Positions 45,512 to 54,601 of a stretch of 55,140 nt of DNA are shown one piece after another (position 1 is the first letter of the stretch; every line of letters starts with the position of its first letter). The notes beneath the pieces are model-generated. The model searched no databases. It had not been told where the DNA came from and saw only the letters and a program-made list of their open reading frames with translations. Source of the DNA: Gammaproteobacteria bacterium (GTDB taxonomy: Bacteria; Pseudomonadota; Gammaproteobacteria; SZUA-229); contig JBLYYN010000191.1 in NCBI GenBank assembly GCA_048550535.1, positions 1-55,140 of the forward strand, in the 5' to 3' direction. A program made the position numbers and the translations under genes.

Positions 45512-46903
45512 ATGTCTCATCTACTCATTTCTGCTGCTCATAAATCCTCTGGTAAAACCACTATAACCATTGGTTTGTGTGCCGCCTTGGCCGAATCCGG
45601 TAGCCAGGTCCAGCCTTTTAAAAAAGGCCCGGATTATATTGACCCGATGTGGCTGGGTCGCGCCGCCGGCCATGCCTGCCACAATCTTGATTTCTACACC
45701 ATGAACAAACAGGAAATCATTGATACAGTAGTTCGATACAGCCAACATGCTGATATTTCAATTATTGAAGGTAATAAAGGCCTGTACGACGGTCTGGATC
45801 TGGATGGCAGTAATTCCAATGCGGCCCTGGCATCATTAGTTCACGCACCTGTGGTGCTGGTTCTCGATGCTCGAGGCATGACACGGGGTATTGCACCCTT
45901 GATACTCGGTTACCAGGCTTTTGATCCCAACATTAACATTGCAGGTGTCATACTCAACCAGCTGGGTGGGCAACGCCACGAAACCAAACTGCGATCAGTG
46001 ATTGAGCACTATACCAATATTTCTGTGGTAGGTGCGGTTTACCGCAACCCTGAAATGTCTATCGAAGAACGCCACCTCGGCTTGATGCCCAGTAATGAAG
46101 ATGATTCGGCCGATCAGAAAATCGGACAGATTCGGGACCTGATAAAACAGCAGATTGATCTGAATAAAATTCGCGCCATTGCCGCCTCAGCCCCTGCATT
46201 GCCCGAACCAGACAGTAACAGTGGCCCTGTCCTTGACTCAGTACCAGCAGATATACGCATTGGTGTAGTACGTAATGATGCCTTTGGCTTCTACTATCCC
46301 GATGATTTACTGGCACTGAAAAATGCCGGCGCAGAACTGGTCTTTATTGATACCATTCGTGAACACAACTTGCCTGATATCGACGGCCTGTTTATCGGAG
46401 GTGGATTTCCGGAAACCCGGATGAAACAACTGGCTAACAACACTACCATGCGAGAACAGATCAAGCAGGCCATAGAAAATGGTCTGCCCACCTATGCAGA
46501 ATGTGGCGGGCTGATGTACCTTAGCCGCAGCCTGCAGTGGCAGGGAGAAAAAGCAGAAATGGTCGGTGTCATTGCTGCTGATACCGTGATGCATAGCCGA
46601 CCTCAAGGCCGGGGATATATTCAGTTAGCTGAAACCCAGCAACATCCGTGGCTCAAGATGGAACCAGCACCAGATAAAATAATATCAGGCCATGAATTCC
46701 ATTACTCAGCACTTGAAAATGTTGATCCATCAATACAATATGCATACAGAGTCATTCGTGGCACAGGTGTAGATGGCCAAAACGATGGTATCGTCTATAA
46801 CAACCTGTTGGCCTGTTACGCCCATCTGAGGGATACTCAATCCAATCACTGGGCATCACGCTTTGTACAGTTTTCAAAAACATGTAAAGATAAACCTGTT
46901 TAA
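45512..46903 (+). CDS. dsrN: DsrN, a CobB-like (cobyrinic acid a,c-diamide synthase family) sirohaem amidase
   Basis: N-terminal P-loop SAAHKSSGKTT and a C-terminal glutamine amidotransferase domain with Cys in YAECGGLMYL. Confidence 0.85.
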   Translation: MSHLLISAAHKSSGKTTITIGLCAALAESGSQVQPFKKGPDYIDPMWLGRAAGHACHNLDFYTMNKQEIIDTVVRYSQHADISIIEGNKGLYDGLDLDGSNSNAALASLVHAPVVLVLDARGMTRGIAPLILGYQAFDPNINIAGVILNQLGGQRHETKLRSVIEHYTNISVVGAVYRNPEMSIEERHLGLMPSNEDDSADQKIGQIRDLIKQQIDLNKIRAIAASAPALPEPDSNSGPVLDSVPADIRIGVVRNDAFGFYYPDDLLALKNAGAELVFIDTIREHNLPDIDGLFIGGGFPETRMKQLANNTTMREQIKQAIENGLPTYAECGGLMYLSRSLQWQGEKAEMVGVIAADTVMHSRPQGRGYIQLAETQQHPWLKMEPAPDKIISGHEFHYSALENVDPSIQYAYRVIRGTGVDGQNDGIVYNNLLACYAHLRDTQSNHWASRFVQFSKTCKDKPV

Positions 46904-46917
46904 CACTGGAGAAATTT

Positions 46918-47229
46918 ATGATTACCCTGACAGCAGAAGCTGCCAAACAAATCCGCCTTTCAGCCAAAGAAAGTAACCTGCAGGGTCTGCCCCTGCGCCT
47001 GGCCGGCACCCGAAACGAAGATGGTAGCATCCATTATGGTATGGGTTTCGATGATGTAAAAGAAGATGACACCACTTATACTTCAGAGGGCGTCGATCTT
47101 GTGGTTTCGGTGACATCGAAAGATATTCTGGAAGGCATGACTGTTGACTTTGTTGAACTTGAACCAGGAAAACCCCAATTTATTTTTATGAACCCCAATG
47201 ACAAAAACTACACACCACCCACTGAGTAA
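46918..47229 (+). CDS. dsrR: DsrR, an IscA/HesB-like protein lacking the cluster-binding cysteines
   Basis: The IscA-like fold is present (ITLTAEAAKQI...GLPLRLAG...GMGFD). The C-terminal CGCG motif is absent, and the protein contains no Cys at all. Confidence 0.8.
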   Translation: MITLTAEAAKQIRLSAKESNLQGLPLRLAGTRNEDGSIHYGMGFDDVKEDDTTYTSEGVDLVVSVTSKDILEGMTVDFVELEPGKPQFIFMNPNDKNYTPPTE

Positions 47230-47246
47230 ACTCTGTTATTGTTGCA

Positions 47247-48644
47247 ATGGATAACAAACTCAGACAAAGCAGCTTGAAAAATAATTCTCAACAGCGATTG
47301 TTTACCTGTATTTTTGTTCTGTTCATACTGCTGAGCGCCCTTGGTGCCAGCAGTTACTGGCTGATACATGCTGAACAACAGATTGCCATTGCCACAACGG
47401 TTCATATACTGATTTTGATCAGTGCTTTCTTTCTGGTCGCCTATATCGCCTCGCGCAACCAGAAACTGCAAAAGGAAGAAGTCGATCAACGTAATCATGT
47501 GCAGAATATTCTGTATGAGGTTGCAGCCAGCATTAACACCTGTCGTGATCTGAGTGAACTGCTTAATCGTTTTTGCGAAGCAGTTTATAGCGAATTATCT
47601 ACAAAAAGTATCAGTATCTGGCTGATCACCGATCAGGATACCCTGGAATACATCACCAGTTGCGGTATCCCCCCAGATCAGACAAGTCCCCACAAACGAA
47701 TTGATATCGAACAGGATATACAACAGCTGCTCACCGAGAATAAAATCATCCTGGCAAAAGATGAGCTATCCACAAACCTGCTGTCTGACCCATCAGTAAA
47801 TTATTGCTTCCAGGTACCATTACATCATCATTCCCGCACACTCGGAGTCCTCAATTTTGAATTAAGCTCGCTGCCGTTCAAGCCCAGCTATTTACAGGAA
47901 CTGATGATCACTCTGGGTAATCATCTCAGCATGGCCATAGAAAAGGCAAGACTGGATCAGGAATCACGTCGTATGTTAATCATGCAGGAACGCAGTTTAA
48001 TCGCTAATGAAATGCATGACTCACTGGCTCAAACTCTTGCCAGTCTGCGCTTTCAGGTCAGAGTACTGGATGAAACCCTGCAACCCACCAGTGAATTCAA
48101 AGCCATTCGAGGCATCGAGCAGGTCGAGAACAGTCTCGATGAAGCCTATACTGATTTACGAGAATTAATCGCCCATTGTCGTACCCCAATCAATAAACAG
48201 GGCCTGTTACCGGCTATCGAAAAGTTGATTTCACGATTCCGCAAGGAAACGGGTATTCATGTGCTTTTCCAGAAGGAATGGCAACACTCAGCTTTGCCAC
48301 CGAATATGGAAATGCACATATTTCGAATAATCCAGGAAGCCATGAACAACATTCGTAAACACAGCGGTGCCAACCACGTTCGTGTTATGTTCCGCTGTGA
48401 TGACAGGGGAAACCACCATATACTTATCGAAAATGACGGTATTGGTTTTGAAACACCCAAATCCAGTGATCATCCTGGCAAGCATCTGGGATTAACCATT
48501 ATGCAGGAACGTGCAGCCCATCTGGGCGGACACTTACGTATTGAGAGTGAACCTGAAGAAGGTACACGTATTGAGCTACAATTCACTTACAATAATGAAT
48601 CTCAAAATGATCCATTGCAACGATTATCGGGGATGAGCAGATGA
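47247..48644 (+). CDS. Sensor histidine kinase: two TM helices with a minimal loop, a cytoplasmic GAF-like domain, HisKA_3 and HATPase (NarX/NarQ class)
   Basis: H-box ANEMHDSLAQTLASL, N-box EAMNNIRKHSGA and G-boxes ENDGIGF/GLTIMQERA. Only about 5 residues separate the two TM helices. Confidence 0.85.
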   Translation: MDNKLRQSSLKNNSQQRLFTCIFVLFILLSALGASSYWLIHAEQQIAIATTVHILILISAFFLVAYIASRNQKLQKEEVDQRNHVQNILYEVAASINTCRDLSELLNRFCEAVYSELSTKSISIWLITDQDTLEYITSCGIPPDQTSPHKRIDIEQDIQQLLTENKIILAKDELSTNLLSDPSVNYCFQVPLHHHSRTLGVLNFELSSLPFKPSYLQELMITLGNHLSMAIEKARLDQESRRMLIMQERSLIANEMHDSLAQTLASLRFQVRVLDETLQPTSEFKAIRGIEQVENSLDEAYTDLRELIAHCRTPINKQGLLPAIEKLISRFRKETGIHVLFQKEWQHSALPPNMEMHIFRIIQEAMNNIRKHSGANHVRVMFRCDDRGNHHILIENDGIGFETPKSSDHPGKHLGLTIMQERAAHLGGHLRIESEPEEGTRIELQFTYNNESQNDPLQRLSGMSR

Positions 48645-49348
48645 GCATGCGTGTATTGATGATCGATGACCATGCCCTGTTTCGTGTTGGCTTACAGGGG
48701 CTGCTGGAACAGCGCGGTATCGAGGTTGTGGCCGCAGTGGCTGAAGGTTATGAGGGTCTGACTCTGGCCAAAGAACTGCAACCGGATATCATTCTTCTCG
48801 ACTTACGCATGCCCGATATGTCTGGCCTTGAAGTGCTACAGAAGATAAAGGAAATCGAACTAAAAATTCCTGTGGTCATGCTAACCACCAGTAACGAAGA
48901 ACAGGATCTGGTTGAAGCATTACGCAATGGCGCTCAGGGCTATCTGTTAAAAGATATGGAACCGGATGAACTGGTGAGTGCCCTGCGTGACATCGAAAAA
49001 GGCAAGAATGTAGTTGCTCAGGAACTCACCGATGTACTGGCCCGTATGGTACAGGGTGAACCCCATGAGGCGAAGCAACAAAAGCCAAGCCCATTTTCAG
49101 AACTTACCCCTCGTGAACTCGAAATTCTGTGCCTGTTAGCTGACGGACAGAGCAATAAAGTTATTGCCCGCAATCTGGGCATCTCCGATGGCACCGTAAA
49201 ACTGCATGTTAAAGCAATTTTACGCAAACTTGAGGTGCATTCAAGGGTTGAAGCTGCGGTCATCGCGGTTGAACAGGGCTTGAGACAAAAAAACCCGGGC
49301 AACCAGGATGCACAAGCAAACCATAACCGATCGGTAAATAAAAAATGA
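48641..49348 (+). CDS. NarL/FixJ-family response regulator (REC + LuxR HTH)
   Basis: VLMIDDH...DLRMPDMSG...K, and HTH LTPRELEILCLLADGQSNKVIARNLGISDGTVKLHVKAILRKL. ATGA overlap with the kinase gene. Confidence 0.9.
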   Translation: MSMRVLMIDDHALFRVGLQGLLEQRGIEVVAAVAEGYEGLTLAKELQPDIILLDLRMPDMSGLEVLQKIKEIELKIPVVMLTTSNEEQDLVEALRNGAQGYLLKDMEPDELVSALRDIEKGKNVVAQELTDVLARMVQGEPHEAKQQKPSPFSELTPRELEILCLLADGQSNKVIARNLGISDGTVKLHVKAILRKLEVHSRVEAAVIAVEQGLRQKNPGNQDAQANHNRSVNKK

Positions 49349-49806
49349 AAACCCTTAAAGACCTGGTCGATGACACACTAGCACACATTAAGGAGCTGTT
49401 TCCATGGGATCTGGAAGAGCGTATTGCCGAGAATAAGGATATCCTACTGATTGACATTACTGAACCCAAAGAATTTAACACCTTGCATATTGAAGGTGCA
49501 ATCAATGTACCTCGTGGAATCCTGGAAGCATCATCAGACTGGAATTATGAAGATACCCTGCCCGAACTGGCTTCTGGCCGCGACCGGGAAGTGGTATTGA
49601 TCTGCCGTTCAGGAAATCGAAGCGCGCTGGCGGCTTTTACTTTACAGTTAATGGGTTTTAAAAATGTTACCTCATTAAAAACCGGACTCAGGGGCTGGAA
49701 TGACTTTGAACTGCCACTGGTGGATGGAGAAAATAATCCGGTGGATGTAGATGATGCCGATGAATATTTCAGCATAGGCCCAAGACCGGACCAGATGGAA
49801 CCCTAA
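49345..49806 (+). CDS. Single-domain rhodanese (sulfurtransferase)
   Basis: Active-site loop CRSGNRS. ATGA overlap with the response regulator gene. Confidence 0.85.
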   Translation: MKTLKDLVDDTLAHIKELFPWDLEERIAENKDILLIDITEPKEFNTLHIEGAINVPRGILEASSDWNYEDTLPELASGRDREVVLICRSGNRSALAAFTLQLMGFKNVTSLKTGLRGWNDFELPLVDGENNPVDVDDADEYFSIGPRPDQMEP

Positions 49807-49813
49807 CATTCTT

Positions 49814-49922
49814 GCCACGGAGTCACAGAGAACACTGAGTATTTATTATTATAAATAGTTTATTGCCATCAGATTGATTCTCTGTGACCTTTGTGTACCC
49901 AGAGGGCATAAATCTCTGTGGC
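49814..49922. repeat. CACAGAG-iteron palindromic element, copy 3
   Basis: Left arm GCCACGGAGTCACAGAGAACACTGAG. Right arm CTCTGTGACCTTTGTGTACCCAGAGGGCATAAATCTCTGTGGC. It starts 7 nt after the rhodanese stop and ends 9 nt from the stop of the convergent S24-like gene. Confidence 0.75.
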
Positions 49923-49931
49923 ATAATTTGA

Positions 49932-50240
49932 TCAGTAAAACCTGCGATCCTTGCGACGCTTGCCTGCCTGCTGAATCACCACACCCTTAATCACTTCAAT
50001 ACCCGATATTTCCTCGGTTTCATACAAATCATTCAATGGCACCAGATAATGTTTTTCCTGGTGAAAGCGGTACTGGCGAAAGGTATATTCTTCGTCATGC
50101 ATGGCCACTACATAACAGCCGTCACGCACCACTCCTTCTGGGTCGACGATGATAACAACACCATTCATAAATTCGGGTTGCATAGAATCACCCAGTACTT
50201 GCAGGGCAAAGGGTTCCGCGTTGCTACAGGATGACTCCAT
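49932..50240 (-). CDS. Stand-alone S24 (LexA/UmuD-type) peptidase-like domain protein without a DNA-binding domain
   Basis: GDSMQPEF...G..IIVDP motif containing the nucleophile Ser. 102 aa. By hand alignment to LexA, the dyad Lys position is occupied by Arg (TFRQY against TVKRL). Confidence 0.55.
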   Translation of the reverse strand: MESSCSNAEPFALQVLGDSMQPEFMNGVVIIVDPEGVVRDGCYVVAMHDEEYTFRQYRFHQEKHYLVPLNDLYETEEISGIEVIKGVVIQQAGKRRKDRRFY

Positions 50241-50444
50241 AATCAGACCTCAGAAAAATAATCTCGGCTATTATACATGATCTATATAGCTGCTTTAACC
50301 CGGATAATATTAATGAATTCAATAATCCAGCCTTGTCCATGGGACATATCTGAAACTCTGATGCCCACCCTCCCCTAGTCTCTTAGTAATATTCCTGTAT
50401 AATAATGGTCTTAATCTTTTCATTTAAGAAACAGTTACTTACAT

Positions 50445-50933
50445 ATGTCAGATCAACACATTAGTCGCAACAAAGTGGTCCAGTTTACCTACTCAATTAC
50501 CGATGAGGATGGGAATATTGTCGAACAGGTGGATCTACCAGTGAAATATGTTCACGGTGCCAGTGATATGGGCCTGATTGAACGAGTTGAACGCGCACTG
50601 GAAGGCTGCAAGGTGGGTGACAGAATTGAAGTGGATGTGCCACCTGCAGAAGGTTTTGGCGAGATAGACCCCAGTCTCAGCTTCACTGATGATCTGGACA
50701 ATGTTCCCCCTCAGTTCCGACAGATCGGTGCACAGGTGGAAATGGCCAATGATGGCGGCGAAACTAAAAGCTTCATGGTTACTCATATCGCGGATGGTAA
50801 ACTTACGGTCGATGGCAATCATCCACTGGCCGGAAAAATCGCTAAATTCACCGTTACCATACTGGATATTAGAGATGCCACACCCGAAGAAATTTTAAAT
50901 GGGGTCACTAACCCCAACATGTCCATTCACTGA
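50445..50933 (+). CDS. FKBP-type peptidyl-prolyl isomerase (SlyD/SlpA-like, with an IF insert and no His-rich tail)
   Basis: VVQFTYSITDEDGNIVEQ...VKYVHG...GHPLAGK..KFTVTILDIRDAT is typical of the family. Confidence 0.8.
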   Translation: MSDQHISRNKVVQFTYSITDEDGNIVEQVDLPVKYVHGASDMGLIERVERALEGCKVGDRIEVDVPPAEGFGEIDPSLSFTDDLDNVPPQFRQIGAQVEMANDGGETKSFMVTHIADGKLTVDGNHPLAGKIAKFTVTILDIRDATPEEILNGVTNPNMSIH

Positions 50934-51075
50934 TCGTCCAGACTCTGTGCCTGGCCTTCTTAGGACAGGGCGAGGGCTACTGACGCCCAGCTTGCTGTGC
51001 GCGCCAGTTAAGCCCTGTTGTCTGACCCAGAGCCTAATGTCAATAGCGGCATTCATCCGCTAATATTGAACCTGA

Positions 51076-51113
51076 TGTCATGCTGTCATGACATAGGGTG
51101 TCATGAATGACAG
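51076..51113. promoter_or_regulatory. Cluster of TGTCAT/ATGACA half-sites (candidate enhancer/operator upstream of sqr)
   Basis: TGTCAT (51076), the perfect palindrome TGTCATGACA (51084-51093), and TGTCATGAATGACA (51100-51113). Confidence 0.4.
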
Positions 51114-51198
51114 TCAATACTGACCAATTCCAGTTAATTTATATGTGTTTTTTCACAAAAAACCTCTATATTTTTGATATTTAATACTATTTTAAATA

Positions 51199-51213
51199 TG
51201 GCCCGACACTTGC
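51199..51213 (+). promoter_or_regulatory. Sigma-54-type (-24/-12) promoter candidate for sqr
   Basis: TGGCCC-GACAC-TTGC with exact GG-N10-GC spacing, 42 nt upstream of the ATG. Confidence 0.45.
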
Positions 51214-51254
51214 CTTTATTTCCTCGAATTTAATCCAAATGAAGAGGAATTGTG

Positions 51255-52526
51255 ATGGCCCATATTGTGATTATCGGAGCAGGTGTTGGCGGCCTGCCCT
51301 GTGCCTATGAAATGAAAGAAGCGGTCGGCAGCAAACACGAAGTTTCTATAGTTAATGAAAGTGATTGCTTCCATTTCACTCCCTCCAATCCCTGGGTCGC
51401 CGTGGGCTGGCGAGATGCAAAAAATATATCAGTCCCATTACACAAGATTCTAAAAAAGAAAAAGATCGACTTTATTCATGGTCGTGTGGACGACATAGAT
51501 GCCAACAACAATCGCATTACCCTGGCCAGTGGTGAAGTGGTGGGCTATGATTATCTGGTCATCACCACCGGCCCTCGACTGGCATTTGAAGAAGTCCCGG
51601 GTTCTGGCCCAGATGGCTATACCAACTCCATCTGTACCACGAGTCATGCCACAGCAGCCCTGGAAAGCTTTAATCAACTGGTAGAAAATCCAGGCCCCAT
51701 CGTGGTCGGAGCCATGCCCTTTGCCAGCTGTTTTGGTCCGGCCTATGAATTTGCTTTTATTCTGGATACAGCACTGCGTAGAAAACGAATTCGAAACAAG
51801 GTGCCCATGACATTCGTCACCTCTGAACCCTATATCGGTCATCTGGGTCTGGGCGGAGTGGGTGACTCCAGAGGTATGCTGGAAAGTGATTTGCGTTCTG
51901 CCCATATCCAGTTTATTACCAATGCCAAAACCACCAAAGTGGAAGATGGCATTATGTATGTGGATGAACTGGATAATAATGGCGAGCTAATCAAACAGCA
52001 TGAACTGCCCTTTGTCTATTCAATGATGCTGCCGGCCTTTAAAGGTGTAGATGCCGTGGCTAAAGTGGAAGGATTGTGCAATCCACGTGGTTTCGTCATG
52101 ATCGATGAGTACCAGCGTAACCCAAGCCATAAAAATATTTATTCAGCCGGTGTCTGTGTCGCCATACCACCGGTGGAAGCGACACCTGTACCGACCGGCG
52201 CACCGAAAACCGGTTATATGATCGAGACCATGGCGACCGCCATCGTGCACAATATTGTGCATGAACTCAAAGGTGAGGAACCTGAGAAATGCGGTACCTG
52301 GAATGCCATCTGCCTGGCTGACATGGGAGATACAGGTGCAGCCTTCGTTGCCTTGCCACAGATCCCTCCCCGAAATGTTACCTGGTTCAAGAAAGGCAAG
52401 TGGGTACATCAGGCAAAAATCGGTTTTGAAAAATACTTCCTGCGCAAAATGAGAAAGGGAAATACAGACCCCATTTTCGAACGATTTATTCTAAAAGCCT
52501 TAGGTATAACTAAACTAGAAAGCTAG
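51255..52526 (+). CDS. sqr: Sulfide:quinone oxidoreductase (SQR, flavoprotein disulfide reductase family)
   Basis: FAD fold MAHIVIIGAGVGG. SQR-type redox cysteine motifs SCFGPAYEF and AGVCVAIPP. Overall collinearity with type I SQR, as I remember the Aquifex enzyme. Confidence 0.88.
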   Translation: MAHIVIIGAGVGGLPCAYEMKEAVGSKHEVSIVNESDCFHFTPSNPWVAVGWRDAKNISVPLHKILKKKKIDFIHGRVDDIDANNNRITLASGEVVGYDYLVITTGPRLAFEEVPGSGPDGYTNSICTTSHATAALESFNQLVENPGPIVVGAMPFASCFGPAYEFAFILDTALRRKRIRNKVPMTFVTSEPYIGHLGLGGVGDSRGMLESDLRSAHIQFITNAKTTKVEDGIMYVDELDNNGELIKQHELPFVYSMMLPAFKGVDAVAKVEGLCNPRGFVMIDEYQRNPSHKNIYSAGVCVAIPPVEATPVPTGAPKTGYMIETMATAIVHNIVHELKGEEPEKCGTWNAICLADMGDTGAAFVALPQIPPRNVTWFKKGKWVHQAKIGFEKYFLRKMRKGNTDPIFERFILKALGITKLES

Positions 52527-52607
52527 GGAAGCTCTGTGAACTTGTCGGCAAAGGATTGCCGTATTGTTTAATACACACTTGGCATTGGCTTTACCCACAA
52601 GCTTTGC

Positions 52608-53675
52608 CTATTTCAGGCCCAATGGATTATCAGGATTCACATCATCCATGAATGGAATCTTCCTATCGGTATTGGTCACCTGATAAATCAGGCCCATCCA
52701 GTTACCAATCACTTCACCTGCAGTGTCATGCCAGGTGTTATTCAGCTTATGTTTAATCAGGTTTTCAGGAAAATATTTGAGGTTTTCTACAGCCAAATCA
52801 TTATTTAATGAACGCCAGCGGTATTCATTTAAAATTGCTTTTTCGAATATTGCGAAATAGTTTTCCGGAAAAGGAGGATAATCATTTCTTTCTGAATTCA
52901 TAAATAAACCTACTTCACGCTTGTATTCTTTAAGCAGGGAAATAGTGTCATATTCTGGGTGCCCCTGAAAAAAGATAGTTCTCAAGCCATCAGCACTGGT
53001 CGCCAGATGTACATAGCCGTCATCACTTTCTGCCAACACGCGCAATCCAGCAGCATCGAACTGTACAGGACTTACCGCATTCCATCGCGAATGCGGCACA
53101 TCAAAGCGGGTATTGATATCCGTTACCAGTGGATGAGTTTTATCCATTACATTATGCGGATATACGCCCCAGATTTTTTCAGGCTGTAACTGTCGCTTCT
53201 GCCCATAACGAAATTCCAGCACCGCATGAGTGGCCAGACATGAACAGAGAGTCGATGTTACATTTTCATGCGCCCAGTCAAAAACTTCTATCAGAGGGTC
53301 CCAGAATGATTGCTGTGATAATTCGGGTCCAATGACATTGGCACCGGTAACGATCAATGCATCCAGCCCCTGCTCACGAATAGTATCGAAAGTTTCATAA
53401 TACTCATCGATGTAAGCCTGAGCCTGGCTGGATCGTGGTAATTCTTTCAGGGTAAAAGGATGCACATAAAACTGGGCAATAGGATTACTTTCACCAACCA
53501 GACGAAAAAACTGGCGTTCGGTAGCTTCCAGGGCGGCATCCGGCATCATGTTCAACAAACCAATATGTAATTCACGAATATCCTGATGCAAGGCAAAATC
53601 CGGCTCAAGTACACGTATACCTTCACCACGCAGGCGATTGAAAGAAGGCAATTGATTATGTGCGACTAGAGGCAT
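52608..53675 (-). CDS. metA: Homoserine O-acyltransferase, MetA family
   Basis: MetA-type N-terminus (DIRELHIGLLNMMPD) and the catalytic Cys region (STLCSCLATHA). 355 aa. Confidence 0.88.
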   Translation of the reverse strand: MPLVAHNQLPSFNRLRGEGIRVLEPDFALHQDIRELHIGLLNMMPDAALEATERQFFRLVGESNPIAQFYVHPFTLKELPRSSQAQAYIDEYYETFDTIREQGLDALIVTGANVIGPELSQQSFWDPLIEVFDWAHENVTSTLCSCLATHAVLEFRYGQKRQLQPEKIWGVYPHNVMDKTHPLVTDINTRFDVPHSRWNAVSPVQFDAAGLRVLAESDDGYVHLATSADGLRTIFFQGHPEYDTISLLKEYKREVGLFMNSERNDYPPFPENYFAIFEKAILNEYRWRSLNNDLAVENLKYFPENLIKHKLNNTWHDTAGEVIGNWMGLIYQVTNTDRKIPFMDDVNPDNPLGLK

Positions 53676-54530
53676 TTAGCTCTCCCGGTTAATGGCAGTT
53701 TCCAGTAATTGTAAAAAATCCTTCTCGTCCCTGACCTGTGACACTTCTTGTGAAGTCACAGTGTAACCATGGGGTTTTGCAATGGCTTCATAGCGTGGAA
53801 TCCGGGAATGAAATAGACGAGGGAATACCCAACGGGTAAATTCATCTGGATCCATTTCTGCGGCAAAACTCAGCTTATTCTCCTGCAAATAAATCTCCAA
53901 TTGCTGCTGTAAAAATTCGGCTCGGTAGTACAGCGGCTTGGGAGCGCTCTGGGCACGAGATATCAGTTTTTGCTCTTCTTCTTTATCTGTGACCTGTATA
54001 TAGAGAATCAGAGTATGTTTGACCAGGCTATGGATAACAGAAGGTTCATCCAGTTCACACAAGCTGCCGCCTACGTCATTAACGAAATTTTTGTAGCCAT
54101 ATATTTCCCTGGCTTTATGAATAAATGCAGGCACATCATACATAGTTGCAATTTCAGCTTCTCGATACAAAGCCTGGCGCTGTATAAAATCCTCAAGTTC
54201 CACACCACCCAGCTCGGGATTACCCAGCTTACCCACAAAGCTAAGTACAGGCCCAAGATCATTGACCTTAATATTATTACGAATGTAAATCCAGTCACGT
54301 CGTAGTAATTCTTTTAAAAAGGGCACCTGCATGGCCTGCTGTTTGATCATATCCAGGATATGCTCATCAAGGTAACGTGTACCAATCCGATAATCTCCGG
54401 AAAAGTGAAACCAGTTAGAATCCCTTAGCAAGGCAGACAGATAGGTCTTACCAACGCCGGACATACCCAACAAGGTTACACTTTTACTATTCCAGGCACG
54501 GAATTCATCGATTGTGAATTTCACAGACAC
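53676..54530 (-). CDS. P-loop NTPase (shikimate-kinase-like/AAA_33-like) directly abutting metA
   Basis: Walker A motif LLGMSGVGKTY. GTG start. The stop codon is immediately followed by the metA start. Confidence 0.65.
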   Translation of the reverse strand: MSVKFTIDEFRAWNSKSVTLLGMSGVGKTYLSALLRDSNWFHFSGDYRIGTRYLDEHILDMIKQQAMQVPFLKELLRRDWIYIRNNIKVNDLGPVLSFVGKLGNPELGGVELEDFIQRQALYREAEIATMYDVPAFIHKAREIYGYKNFVNDVGGSLCELDEPSVIHSLVKHTLILYIQVTDKEEEQKLISRAQSAPKPLYYRAEFLQQQLEIYLQENKLSFAAEMDPDEFTRWVFPRLFHSRIPRYEAIAKPHGYTVTSQEVSQVRDEKDFLQLLETAINRES

Positions 54531-54601
54531 ACCCCAATCATTCGACTAAAAGTGTGATTATGCAGGAATCCCCCGGATTGGCAAACCCGTTCAGCCTAAA
54601 A

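Noticed and set aside
50934-51030. GC-rich island after the FKBP gene, containing CTCTGTGCCTGG (similar to a CACAGAG arm)
   Set aside because: Only one short iteron-like match is present. There is no second arm and no clear hairpin. It could be a decayed element, but that is not supportable.
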